From Nemertoderma westbladi (Eukaryota; Animalia; Xenacoelomorpha): a stretch of DNA of 64,000 nucleotides. Positions 20,778-34,305 of this stretch are shown one piece after another; within the stretch, counting starts at the first letter, position 1, and the number at the start of each line of letters is the position of its first letter. The notes below the pieces were generated by a model that saw only the letters and a list, made by a program, of their open reading frames with translations, ran no database searches and had not been told where the DNA came from. Location: positions 1 through 64,000 of the forward strand of contig JAUCBJ010002168.1 in NCBI GenBank assembly GCA_032718475.1, written 5' to 3'. Position numbers and translations under genes: made by a program.

Positions 20778-22710
20778 TTATTCACTCCATGAGGCTGCCA
20801 AAGTACAAGAATATGCACTAAGCATTGCAGAAAGCAATTTCATGCAAAGTGGAGGCGATTTTGTTCTAGTGTCAAGCTTTGGGGAACCAATGAAACACCT
20901 CCAATGTTATATAGTGTCTGGTTGGAGATGTGTGCATTGTACTTGGCACAATGAACCCGGCGTAGCATTCTTGTGAATGTGCCATCCAGAGATTTGGTGT
21001 CCTCAGCAGTTAGAGCCCAGCATGGACTCCCATATAGGAGTACTGGAACTACTGCTGCTCTAAATAATTGGACCTTAAGTTTCCGATTAATTCTCGTTGA
21101 CTTCCAAATCCTGGTAAGCCTGTTCAAGGCTGCCCATGCCTTTCCCTTATGTATTCGAAGGTCCTCACCTGACTTCCGGATCCATGATCCCAGGTAACAG
21201 AAGTCATCCACATGCTCAAGCATACCATCTTTTGAGCTTATGCTCATCCGATCAGAGACTTGCTGAGGACTTTCAAAGTTAACTGTCAAAATTTTGGTCT
21301 TTCTGGAGTTAATAAAAAGACCAACACTAGAAGCAGCATGTTCTAATGAGCTGAGGAGCCATTGGGCTCCCTCTAGTGATTCTGAGAGTACTCCTAAGTC
21401 ATCAGCAAAGTCTAGATCAGTTAGGTACTTGGCAGGATTTCCTCGACTTCTGGAGCCAGTAGGTGGAGTTATCATCACCCCATCATCATTATGATGATCT
21501 AAGGACATACGTAGAACATAGTCAACAACTATTATGATCAAGAATGGTGCAAGTGTGTCTCCCTGGAGGACGCCCCATAACACTTCAAATGGTTCTCTGT
21601 CACCGTCAACAGTAGACACAAATGTTGTCAAACCATCGTATACTGATCTGATTGCTGCAATAATTTCATCAGGAATCCCATATAATGAAAGTATGCTGAA
21701 CATACGTGAGCGAGAGACTGAATCAAAGGCCTTGAAGAAGTCAACAAAGATAACAGCCAGATGCCTGTCTTTCTTTTTTGATAACTCTTCAATTATCCTT
21801 CTAAGTGCCAAAATGGGCTCCATGGTCCCATGACCTTTACGGAACCCATTCTGATTTCCACGGAGCAGTCTCTCAATGGGATCCCTGATGCGATTTAATA
21901 GAATTCTATTGTATATCTTTGCAGCAATCGAGATCAATGAGATTTCCCGAAAATAACCATAGAGTGTTTGGTTGCCCTTCTTGGGAACTGGCATCAACTT
22001 ATTTGTTTTCATTTCTTGTGGGACTCTTGTTGTTCGGTACATGTCTACTATGATGGGATAGATGAGCTTTAAACACTCAGGTATTTTAAAGACCTAAGGG
22101 GGAACACCATCTACTCCACTGGCACGATCGGTCTTAATGCTCTTTGCAGCAGCCTTCACTTCTGCAAAGGAGATATCACCAATGGGAATATCTGAGAGTA
22201 CAGACTCAGACACTTTTACTTCTATAAAGTTATCATGCAATACCCTGTCATTATAGAGGAGCTTTTCAAGGTGGGCCTTCCAACCATTGATGCGATCGGC
22301 TGGTGATTCAGCCTTAACCTTGGTGGTTGGTTGGCTTTTTCGACAAGCAAGTAAGTTGATCGATCTCCATGCCTGGGATGATTGCCTGCTGTCGTCAGCA
22401 TCATTGATGGCATCAACCTGTTGGTATATTAGCTCCTGTAATAATTAACAGAGTACTGCCTGTTCAGGGACCTAGATGCAGCCTTAACTGGATTCTTGGC
22501 CGCTGTAGTCTGTTTGAGTCGGGACTCTTTCTGCGCCTTGTAGAGGTCATTTCGGCACTTCTGAATTTTGTTGTCAGTCCAGGGGGCCCGTTTCCTGTTT
22601 CGAGGATATACAGGAACTGTTTCTGAAGCTGCTAACTTAACTGCCTCTGTGAAGGCAGTATAGACCTCACAGTGATCTGCCTCCTCAGAGGCAAGAATTG
22701 GTGCAGAACA
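20778..22710 (-). mobile_element. RTE-clade non-LTR retrotransposon fragment (RT), decayed
   Basis: ORF 20840-22042: NQNGFR, VDFFKAFDSV, GVLQGDTLAPFL, LDFADD, LLYGSPCW. Upstream frames are broken by stops. Confidence 0.9.
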
Positions 22711-22714
22711 TAGG

Positions 22715-23531
22715 AAGAAATGGTGCACATTTGAAAATACTGAAATAGGCAAAATTGACTTTTCGAAAAAAATGCCATAAACTAATGATTTTCTATCGTG
22801 CTGTTCGAAGCGGAAAATCGCCTAATTTAAAATTATTTTTTTCTATGAAGTTACACATAGGTCAGAGAGTGTCTGTGTAAAATGGGAGACAAATTGGTTC
22901 AAAAATGGCCACTGGGCACTGGCTGACTGGGGAAAGGTGTTTGTCACTGTGCCTCAAATGTGATAGAACCCAAAATGCTTATTTAGTAATTCGGCAATCG
23001 AAACCCTAGACAAAGTGTCTTAAATCGTAAAAATGTCTCCAAATGGCTTAACCTTAAATGTAATTTCAGGGTTCCAATTCAGGTTAGAATGAGGGTACCA
23101 GGTAGGATTGGGGTTTAAGACACTTTTTGTCTAGGATTTCGACAGGGAAACCCCATCCTTTGAATAAACAATGAGAATAGGGTACCCGAGAAGATGTAGA
23201 GCTGTAACAGATCTGTTAGGCGGTCTCTCATGTTTTCTGAAGTCCCCACCGACTGACGAACGTGTTGAATTTAGTAGATTTAAATTATATGATTATATAA
23301 TATGCCGCGAAATAAACTGTCCCCGTCCTCCATGAAGAAATCTCCTGTAACTTACCGAACATTTGGTGTTTCTCTTAAGACTTTATGCGAACTGAACGGA
23401 TCTGAGATCCCGCATATTCTAGAGAAATGCATTACCTTTATAACTAAACACGGGTTGGGGACCGAGGGTTTATTCCGTGTGAACAGCAGCGCGCGTCTTG
23501 TTGAGAAATTGAAAAACGATTTCGATCAATT
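22715..23531 (+). repeat. duplicated segment (copy 1) matching 62985-64000
   Basis: Near-identical upstream region and RhoGAP 5' coding sequence in both copies. Copy 2 has ~190 extra bp before the ATG. Confidence 0.9.
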
Positions 23532-24065
23532 TGGCGACTCAAGTTTCGACGGATTATGTGACGTGACTGCGTGCGCCTCTCTGCTTAAACTATTCCTGAG
23601 AGAACTCCGAGCCGATTATACCCCCCTCTTTACAAGGTTACATTATTACCGTTTTTGAAGAACACATCAAAAGTAACACGGCAGGAGCAATTCTCGATGG
23701 GAAAATCCGCGATCTTCTGCAACGACTTCCTCCTGAAAACTACCGCGTTTTGAGGTATCTCGTGCAATTCCTCGTTGTAGTGGCTCACGAGCCTACCAAT
23801 AAAATGTCCTTCACTGCGCTCGGCATCGTTTTCGGGCCGAATTTATTCCGGGTGGGCGACGGAATCGACGGGCTATGGGAACAAGGGATCGCCAACCAAC
23901 TCACCCAGAAGTTCATCCAGGGATTCCCCGTGTTGTTCGAGCAGAAGGTTGCGTCGCGTCGCAGCGTTTACGATAACTGGTCCGGCGACGACAATCTCTC
24001 GTTCTACCCGATCGATTCAGACTCGGCGACGCCGGTTCACTCCAACGTGGATTCTCCTTTCGCCC
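23302..24065 (+). pseudogene. FAM13-type RhoGAP domain, intronless, frameshifted and 3'-truncated
   Basis: FGVSL...GLFRVN...ASLLKLFLREL, then after a shift at ~23607 (P)EPIIP...LPPENYRVLRYL...NKMSFTALGIVFGPNLF. Sequence turns AT-rich at ~24065. Confidence 0.8.
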
Positions 24066-25483
24066 TGTTTATTGTTATTTCGTTATTATTGGTTATTTTG
24101 CTCCTGTTGCTTTATTACTGTAATGGATTTCTCGTGCTCCTTGACACGATAAGCTTCTACTAAAACGGCTTTGAATCTCAAAAAGGTTCCAGGTAGTGCT
24201 CTACTTTCGCTTAGTGTTTTGGTTTTCCGGCTAACATCAAATATTTCCACTTGAACACGGTCCTTGAATGACTTGTTATTTACGGACATCCACAACTTTC
24301 AATATAGTACAAAAACACAGTGATTTTCTGTTCTTCCCAAAAAATACTGTATATTGCTTCCTTCTAAATAAACTATAACACTGTAGAAAAACCTCTGGGA
24401 TGAGGAAAAAGATAGAAACTGGATGAAGGGTGCTTTGGGTCCGTTAGGCTCCAAAGTATAGCAGTAGTAATGGTTACCCCATTTCTGCAACAGTTGGACC
24501 CACTTCAAACCTTAGATGTTAAGTATGTCATTAATTAATCAATTAATTAATTAATTGGTGGATTAAACAATTAATTAATTGCTTAATCGATCGATTTGTA
24601 TCAAATAATGTTGCCAAAGGCAATTTAATTTGACACAAATCAATCAGATAGGGGACGCACGATGAATAGATAGTACTACAGTAGGTACAGTAGATAAAAT
24701 ATACAATACAATAGGTACCATACAGTACAATATACAGTACATTTGTATTATTTTTGTCATACAGTAGTAGGTAATGATAGAATGAAATAAAACGACGTAG
24801 CGGGGCCCAAAACATAGTTTACCCTCACAGTAAAATACGTGGGCCAGTTTGGCCCTGGCTCAGTCCCCCAATAATCTGAGGCTGTTGGGCTCTTATTAGA
24901 CGTAGCAAGATTAATCCCTTTGAATCTTATACTGTATGTCAACGCGTAGGTGGGTGTTGCACGAATTGTAAATTATTTAAACCTCCTGCTTCGTTATTAA
25001 CTGCAACCATTAATTACACACCATACGACCATTGTCAAATACGCCTGAGAAATGTGCCTTCTTTCACATTGTACTATATGAAGCAGCCTGCGCATATGTT
25101 AAATTAATCCTCAACCGTCTCTACTACTGTAGTTTTATGTACTGCATATTCCCTCGCGCATGTCATGCCAAAAACTACGGCCTTGTTTAAAATGTTAAGG
25201 TGGAACTTTCTATATAAATAAAAATCATATAAAAGTTAAATCATTATCTCTGAAAAACGTTAAAGTTAAGTTTGCCAAAACCAAGTTTCCTTTTAAATTA
25301 AATCCTATTAAATTTGTCTTTTTGGTACTATGGATTATCTTATATGCCCATACGATGCATCGGGAGAAGAGGTGTGGGACTGATCATTAGTTTGGAATGG
25401 ATTGATTAGACCCTATTATTCTAAACCCTATTTAATACCGTGTACCACATCATGGGAAGGAATTCTCAATAATCTTCAAACTA

Positions 25484-26392
25484 TTGAGTGGAATTCGACG
25501 GGGGGCCCCATCGAGCCCAATTCATTTCGTGATATATACATTAGGCTTAATTAAGATTTTTGATAAATGCAAACCAGAGCAGCTTATTAATAATATACAC
25601 CTTCTGATCCACACTGACGACACCCTACTTTTGACCGCTCCTCGTGGTACAGCTATACTAAAACTTAATTTGCTTGAGATATATTGTCATGAGAACTTCA
25701 TAAAACTGAACCCAAAAAAATGCGCGGTCTTATGTGTAAATGAACAGATTGACGAAAACAAACCATTACTGCTTAAACATGGAAAAATAGATATATCTAA
25801 ATCAGAAATATATTTGGGTTCAACACTTTGTGCTTCCGGCAGTCTCAGGGATATGTTCTCCGCTGACCTCAAGCTGAAGCAAAAACACTTTATAAAATAT
25901 TATGCCTTCCTTAGAGAAAACATGGCTGCTCCTTTAAAAGTCAAAGAAAAAGTCCTCGACGCATGCATCATTGACGGTATTTTATATAATTGTGAGGCGT
26001 GGGGTAATGTTAATTTCAACAAACTCGAAGACCAATATCGAAAAATATTGAAAACGATGTTAAGCCTAAAACGAACAACACCAAACGAATTTGATTATAT
26101 CGAGATTGAACGGCCCCCCATAACCGCTGTTATCAAGGCGCGTACTTCCTCGTTAGTTAAACGCATTATTTCCAACAAACACGATCACATGTCGGACCCA
26201 CTGCTTTCCCTTGTAGGACACCCCAACAACAACTCTTCATTAATAACATACCTTAAATCATGCGCCGATATTCCTGAACCGAAATCGGTAGAAAGGGACG
26301 CACTCGATAAGATAAAACAGTCTATAATATCAAAGTCAAATAAGGGTAAGACCAAATACTGCACTTATTTAATCAATTCATTTATTTATTAA
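25484..26392 (+). mobile_element. decayed non-LTR retrotransposon RT C-terminal fragment
   Basis: GIRRGAPSSP (QG motif region), IHTDDTLL, YLG, LYNCEAWG. Confidence 0.75.
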
Positions 26393-26414
26393 ATTGACAT
26401 TGCACAACCTACTA

Positions 26415-29395
26415 CAGTCCCGCTTTCAAAAAGCATGCCTTTGATCAAACATTGATCAAACTTTGATCAAACATTGATCAAAGTTTGATCAAAATGTGTC
26501 CATAGAATATCATTGAAAGTAGCATTGACATTGAAATGACATTGATGGCATATTGAAATGGCCTTGAAATCGATGGACCGAAATTCCAGACTTTCTGTCT
26601 CATATTGAAATGACATTGAAATGATTTCAAGGTAACAGTTTACATCGCTCTTCTGCGGCATTCCTTTGAACTCAGATTCCCGCCGAGAACTGGCTTTTGT
26701 TAATGGCCAAGCCGCGATGTGATTGACAGGGCGGTGGATGGAGCTTGCTTGACTTTGTGGATGGGCAGCGATTGGATTTACAAGGCGGTGCGGTGTTGTG
26801 GTAGTGTCCCAGACTGAGTTTTGTTCTTGTAGGGCAGGGCCTATTATTACACCAACAACTAGTTCTGAAAAACAGCCTTTGGAATATTTTTAAATTATTG
26901 TTATATTAGAAATTAGTTTCAATGTTCCTTAAATCAGAATCAAGGCCAAATACCTCCATTGACGTAGCAGCGCGATGGCTGCCGTTGCATTGCATTTGCT
27001 TATACACTAATTGTGTAAATTCGACAAGCTTCCTTCCTGCCCCTGTCTCTAATTTATACTAATAAATGTAAAGAAATAAATAAGAAATAATTTTATAAAG
27101 TAATAAATAAATCCAAGCGCCAGCGTACCCCCTAAAATACCTTCTAAAAATTTACGTAATTTAATTTTAATACTCTGATAAGGTAATTTTATTGAAAACC
27201 TAATTTGTTTCAAAGTAAACTATGTTATGTACATCATTAGTTACGTATTTTTTAATTCAGTTTAACGTATTGTAATTATAATTTTTTTAATATTAAAAAT
27301 CAAATTGGGTTAGTAATACATATTCAATTATGCTCATTCATTTTTAATTAATGGAGGTTTTTAACCATCCGGCCGACAAACCACACTTTTGCTCACTTTT
27401 GCTGTAAGACAAGGCATCAATATAACCCCAGTGATCCCATACCCTCTCTTGTTGTGGACTATTACTACAGTATATCATTGTACAAGCTGCGGACCTGTCT
27501 GTTGACACCGTCCTGCTGGACGGTGTTGTAGCCTTCCACCCAACCCATTGCGTATCTCAGAATTAAACTCCACACAGCACAGCCCATACCTGCCATTGCT
27601 TTCATTACGCCACATCGCCAAGTGGAGATTCAATTGTGAATTATTATAATCATTATTAGAATGACAACACAGTGTTGTTGTAGTGTACCAGTACCAGACT
27701 GAGTCTTGTAATAGGCCCCACTAACAACTCCGGGCTACGTTCTGAAATAAAGCCTCTGGAATATTATTAAATTATTTTCTTTAGACATTATTCACTAGAA
27801 AGCCAGTCTGTCAATTTAATCGTCCAGTATCAATTCCCGCGGGCTAATACAATTTATTTTCGGGCTAAGGATGCCCTGCCCACTGGCTAAGAAAGCTTGC
27901 GGGTAAACGATTCCCATTTTGCGGGCTAAGAATTCCCGCGGGCTAAGTCATCACCCAACCGAACATACAGTTGACTGTAACTGCTTTACTCGCATCTCTG
28001 TAACAACAACCCAAATGCTGTGATTCACAGTATGCGATTTCACCGTGCTGTCACCGCAAGTGTATCTGAGAACAGGCCCATTACTGGTACAGCTACAATT
28101 TGTTTCAAAAAAATTAATGTAATACATCGAAAGGAGCAGGTTAAAGGGGTTGTGTTTTCTAACCAAAACAACAAACCAAAGTAGATTTCATCGATTTGCG
28201 CTGGAGAACTTTTTTATTTGCGACCAACTGGCGCCACTATTTGCGAGATAAGGTAGAAATTTTAATTAATATCGAGACAAATACAACGTCTGTTTAATTG
28301 TTTTTGGGCAAACAGAAAAGACCTCCATGTTGAAATTTTAGTAAGAAAGTTTAGTGTAATAAATTAGTTTAGTACACATTACTACCTGCATAGTTCCTTT
28401 GCGACCAGGCCAGCTCAGTGCCAGGAGGCCAATCTCTTTGGTTCGCGGCCGCCTCCTGTGTATGGGTTAGTTGGCTGTCTAATTTCTTGGGAAGCCTTTA
28501 GTAAATTTCGAAATTTCGGGGAATTCCATTCCACAGCAGATAAATGGTTTTACATGCTGGGGCGGCATAAGCTAAGAGCCATTACACATGCTATGCCTTT
28601 ACTTTGTTAGTGGTCTGTCGCTGTCGGCACCCCAAGCTAATAATATACAGCAAATAGCACGGAGACCGCTGACTCCTGTACTCCCTATGACATAATTTGT
28701 TGTCGAATCAATTATTTCTCCTTACAAGAAAGCAACGTATTTCCCACTTGTGGCCAGCCAGAAGGCCACAATGTCAACTGATATAATAATACCAAGGGAT
28801 ATTCTCATATTACCCCCCCCCCCCCCCCCCCCCCCCCCCAGGATCTAGCCATTGGCCAGCCAGGATACAATTATTGTATCCTCCCATGTATCCCCCCCCC
28901 CCCCCCATTATAATGTATTGTAGCCATCCACCCAACCAACACATTGCGTAACTCAGAATTAAACTCCACACAGCCCCTACCCGCCCTTGCTTTCATTACC
29001 ACCACACCGCCAAGTGGAGATTCAATTGCGGCTGTTATTTTCTGATAATCGCTGTAAATTATTATAACCTAGGCGGTGCGGATTAAATAACGGCTATAGC
29101 GTACAAACCTATGGTATGATATGGACGTGGTGTCCTGTGTGCTCTGCAGACATCCTACAGAGCACATGGAGCTTTACACACACAGGGAGAGCGAGAGAGA
29201 GAGAGAGAGAGAGGGCTGCTTGATTGACACACGGCTCAGTGGGAATCTAGACTTTGAAGTGCAGCGCCTTTGGTAGAACTCAATGGCAGGATTTATAAGC
29301 CTGGTTCATTTCAATATTTGATCAAACTTTGATCAATGTTTGATCAAAGTTTGATCAATGTTTGATCAAAGGAATGCTTTTTGAGAGCGGGACTG
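26415..29395. mobile_element. non-autonomous TIR DNA transposon, CAGTC...GACTG type (A)
   Basis: ~80-bp TIRs CAGTCCCGCT(T/C)TCAAAAAGCAT..., with subterminal (TTTGATCAAA) palindrome arrays. Flanks TACTA/TATTA could be a degenerate 5-bp TSD or a TA TSD. Confidence 0.85.
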
Positions 29396-30853
29396 TATTA
29401 AGAGCCCATGTATATTAATCATTACCAATATATTATACTTATATTTGTACAGACTGTACGACATTAGTTTATTATCATGATATTTATTAATGACAATTAT
29501 CAACACACTTGACGACCTACTTATTACTTTAATTAATTAGTTTACTTTACTGTCTATATTTATAAATATACAACGCCTGAATGAATTATTACATTTGAAT
29601 TAACTTATTATTAATACTATTATCTTTTGGTTCTCATTAATTGTAGAACGATATCTTTCTTAGGACTGTTAAATTAGTGTAAATCTATAACCATCTTTTT
29701 AGGACAACTTAAATTCTGCTATATTTGATATATTATGTTTAGTGCTATTTTAACCAAATGATAGTATATATTATACATACATACATACTGTACAGCACAT
29801 ATACCCTTAAACACATTATATATTTCGTCTTCGATATTTACCTTTCGCCATAAGGATTGTTTGTACAACACTCTATACAGTATAATGGGATTTCGATACA
29901 CATTATACATTATATTTCGGTACTTGATTTTTGCCGTAAGGGTAACATTTTTCGATTTCGATATTTGGCTTTACCTCAATGTATAAACCGCACTATTATT
30001 ATTGCCTTTGTACGCTGCACCTTACCACAATAAGATTGGGTCTTTTGTTTTTGTGTACGATATACTGTATCATTGAATTAATTTTTCAATTTTGACATTT
30101 AATAACCTTATCATAAACCGTTTTCTCACCCTACTGTACACATTATAAGTACGTTTTTATTGTGCTTTTTGTCTATTTGCGCATAGATCTATTACTATTA
30201 ATGCTGTTGTACTCTGCGTTTTTCACCATCGAGGTTTCTGTTTTGTATTTGTGCACAATATACTTCGGAAGTAACCACGCTATCTCTAAAGCCTACTGTG
30301 CCACTAACTAACTAGTCTATATCTGGTATTTACTTTATTTTGATTTAATGATGTTTCTGTTCCTTATTTAATAATGATAGTTCTAGTCAAACTACTGTAT
30401 GTATATTTCTATTTCTCCCCATTTATGCTATTTAAGTACCCTTATTAGTTTATGACAGAACCCTGTATTATAAAAGAGACGGAATTTTGATTTGGTGGTG
30501 GGATGCAATAATTTTAACTTTATACATTCCTAATACCGCATTATAGTCTGAAGTAGCCCGGTTAGGGTGAAAACGTTCACTAATAAGAAGTGTTTTCATA
30601 CAACCAGCATAGACCCCAACACTTACCCAAACTCTGTTTTGTTTTGGTAATTATTATTTATATATGGTCACCCTCAGCCTCACCCTCAGCCTCAGCCTCA
30701 GCCTAGGCTTCAGCCTCAGGACCATTCATTACCCATTCATTATGCATTTAAAATAGGATCAAGTTGACTTTATTTGTCTAATTAAACATATTATTATGAA
30801 ATTACATCATTAATACGACTAAACATAATAAATATTTCAAACATCAGTTATAA

Positions 30854-31513
30854 TTAATGTATCGCATTAACTGTACGACTGTTCATACACCTAGGTCGAT
30901 ATACAACAGTTGCTGGAGATATACCTTTTCCATTCCCTACTCTGATTTTCTGTCCATTTTCATTGTCATTCTCCTCTGATTCTTCTTCACTGCCATCGCT
31001 ACTCTCCTCTGCTTCTTCTACACTAGCATCATTACTCTCCTCCGATTCATCCTCATCACTCTCATTTCCATCATTATCACTCTCCTTATGCAAATGTATC
31101 TGCATTATATTCAATTGTCTAATTATTTTCTGCAATTTATTTTTATTTCCTAATATATGTCTTAATATCTCCTAATTATCTGAGTCATTCTCCTCCCCAC
31201 TTTCATGTTCCGCGACTTCTATCTCGCTCTCATTTTCTTCATCACCACTCTCATTTTCTTCTTCCTCTATCTCACTCTCTGTTTCATCATTCTCAACCTT
31301 TTCACTTTCCTCTGATTTATCATCTTCCTCACTCTCATCATCCTTTTCACTAGGTGGCTGTTCCTGTATATTTTTCAAAATGTTCATGATTTTCTCGAAT
31401 TTATGTCCCATCATTTGTTTAATCTCAAGAAAGTCACTCTCAACTCTCTTTTTGTTCTCATCTCCACTAAAAATATCATCATTATTTTTTAATTTCTTTG
31501 GAGAAGGTTCCAT
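30854..31513 (-). pseudogene. Asp/Glu-rich coiled-coil ORF with one in-frame stop, inside the Polinton-like shell
   Basis: ORFs 31172-31513 and 30854-31135 are in the same frame, separated by a TAG at 31172-74. N-terminal PSPKKLK is NLS-like. Confidence 0.55.
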
Positions 31514-32293
31514 TACACCTTTCTATGTATACTCATATGGCGGGATATATTGTCTCGTCTCATTTCTTTATCACAAACCATGCACTTTTCATAACTAGAC
31601 ATTTTATGAAAGAAAACTGTATTATGTTTTTAAATGTCTACATCATCGTGTCTGCACGGTACTTCATATAGCGCCCCATTTGGAGATTTCCAGTGAATGT
31701 TTGGATTTGACCTGACCAAATTGGTTTACTACGGAAGATCCGCAGTGGGCACACCTGAGTGGGTGTGGGCCACTCGGAATCAAACGAGGCGGCGCACATA
31801 TTGACATTTGGCGAATGTACATTTCTTACAGTAGGGGGTCACTGGGTTAAGAGTTTTTACGGTATACTTAATATGAGCTTAAAGAAGAAAGTGTTGGCGA
31901 TGTATCTGAAAATAAATAAATAAACGTTGCTCTTTGTCTCTCTCAAGTTGATTTGGATCGGTCCTACGAATTACCCAAAAAAAACACAAAATTACCCAAA
32001 AATACACAAAAGAACACAAAAAAACACAAAAATCTACCCAAAAAAACACAAAAAACACAATAAAACACAAAAAAACACAATACCACCCAAAAAACTTACC
32101 CAAAAAGACAAACATAATTTATATCCTATAGCAGGGATATAGCAGTATAGGGTTGGAAAAATAAGACTGTAACCTGTGTTTTTTGGTTATCGTTTATTGT
32201 TTTGATTAGAAAAGCCTGCTACTGTAACCTGCTCCTTTCCATTAATTAAGAAATCTGATTTTGTAAGCTGTCTGGCAGTCTGGGTGGGTAGGC

Positions 32294-33703
32294 TTACCGG
32301 TAAACCGGTGGCAGTAGGTCATTAAAGGAATCATCAAATGAACAAAATATAATATATTGAAAAAAGTGAAAATTGAAAACTGAAAATTCTTCTTGTTTGA
32401 CATTCCCCTTCTCAGTATGCCTCTCAACCGGACCGGCGTCTCCTCCGGACCCTCCGTTACACCAGTTCTGGTTCTGTCGTCCGGTCCCTGTAAGTGGGGT
32501 ATTAACAAACGTTTCCATAACTTCTGGCTCCTCGTAAATACTACCCGAGCCAGTCTCACTCTCTGATAGTCCCAACTGCGCCAGTTCTAGTCGGCGCTTC
32601 TGCTTGGCCTGATAGTGCATAAGCCCCCCTAGCCGGGCATGCATATCATACCGCATACGTTTTCCCGCTCTCTCTCTCTGGTTGGCCAACTCTGCCTCTC
32701 TCGTCTCCCGCTCTCTACGCTCGTTCTCTATTTTTGCCTCCCGTTCCTCGCGCTCCCTACAGTTTCTCGCCACCCTCTCGGCTCTCTCTCTACATTCCCT
32801 GGCTAACTCTCTCTCTCTTTCTAATAATGCGGTTCCCTCGTTCAATTGTCTCTCTAACTCTTTCTGGTCTAGCGCAGCAATGTCTAGTTGACACGCTATC
32901 GTTGACAGATCTATCTCTAACACCCTTCTTGCTTTTGCGGAGGATGTAGCGGACTTGTCGGTCGCGACGGACTCCCGTTGCATCTCTGTCCTACTAACTT
33001 TCCCCCGCTTTCTGGGGTTCTCGCTAACCAACGAGACCGAATCCTCGGAGTTAACATCGGGTTCGCCCTCTTGCGGATCTGCTCAACCAACTAGCTTAAT
33101 TCCCCTGGCATCCACTAAATACGGCCCTACGTACACTATTTCAGGCTCCATAATCCCGGATCGCCACAGTTCGAATAGTTCGGTGGCAACCCCCCTCGCT
33201 CTCTCACTCGCCAGTTCTCCCTGCCCTAAACGAACTAGATACCGAAAATGTTTATTCGACTCACCTAGCCGCTGGCTCAACTTTCCCTGGTTTACCTTCT
33301 CTCCCTCTTTGGCCTCCTTTAACAGTTTCTTAGTGGCATTGTAGGCCCGTCAAAGCCGATCGCTGGTCCCGATGTCCTCTTCGCCGACATCTCCTCCTCC
33401 TCTCCTGGTGCGGCGTCGTACCGGTGGCCCCACCATTGCCGTTCCGGTGGGCCGTCCGTCGCCCTCGGCCTGTGGCTGGCCAGGGACTTCGGTACTCTGA
33501 CCGCCATCGTGTGTCGACTCGTCCCTTCCTCGTGGTAGACGGCCGCCCTCCGCTTGGGCTACCGGATCTTCCCTCTTCGGCGAATCCGGCGTCGCAGGTC
33601 GATACCGTCTCGTCGTGGCCTCGCGGATCGTTTGGTTGGTGTCGTCCGGGGTCCGCGGCGGCGTCCTCTCTCCCTCTGGTAATCGGGGTCCTTTATCGCT
33701 CAT
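32294..33703 (-). pseudogene. ~470-codon unknown ORF (Pro/Arg-rich N-terminus, Glu/Arg coiled coil) with two TGA stops
   Basis: ORFs 33350-33703, 33083-33280 and 32294-33031 are in one frame, and the gaps read open except for TGA at 33350 and 33083. Confidence 0.65.
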
Positions 33704-34305
33704 CCTTTACTCCTACAGTCACAGTTTAGTAGTTGGTAGTTTCTCACTGTGATGGGATCAAGGGATCCCGACCGGATATGTAAACTACGCGTCACCGTGT
33801 TTGCTTTAGGGATCGCTGCTGGTATTTAGGCCGAGGCCGTTGTAGTAAAATAATCAGAGTTGATGTTGTCTCTTGATATTTGGGTAATAATAATGGATAA
33901 AATGTAACAGCACAGTAAGGATTGCAGATATAATAACTGGATGGATACCGGTATAATGTATGTTGGTGACGGTGATGGTGAGAAACATTACCAGTCTGCA
34001 TTAAAGCTGATAACTGGATACCTGAACCGGTAACTAATATGCATTGATAATATATGTGATCACTTCTACACTACTGTGGCCTTTCACCTAGTGGATGCTC
34101 TCCTTCGCCCCTATTGGCTAATAATCTACTTCACACCTCTCCCCTCTCTGGGAGTGTTTCCCCCCCCCCCCCCCCCTGTTGGCCCCTGCTGGTTGTCTCC
34201 CCTCCCGAGGTGATTTGACCTCTAACCTCCCTTTGTGTGGTTTTGGGGTTGTGTTGTCCCCGGTGTTGGTTGTGATACGAGATTAGTTATTGCTAATCTC
34301 GTATC

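Noticed and set aside
24066-24163. Transmembrane tail on the RhoGAP ORF
   Set aside because: Read-through into T-rich non-coding sequence after the truncation point.
26415-29395. Firm Tc1/mariner assignment from TA flanks
   Set aside because: Flanks TACTA/TATTA and CAGTC termini fit the 5-bp-TSD family equally well; left unresolved.
31879-32142. Hydrophobic and Lys-rich short ORFs
   Set aside because: Products of an A/C-rich simple repeat.
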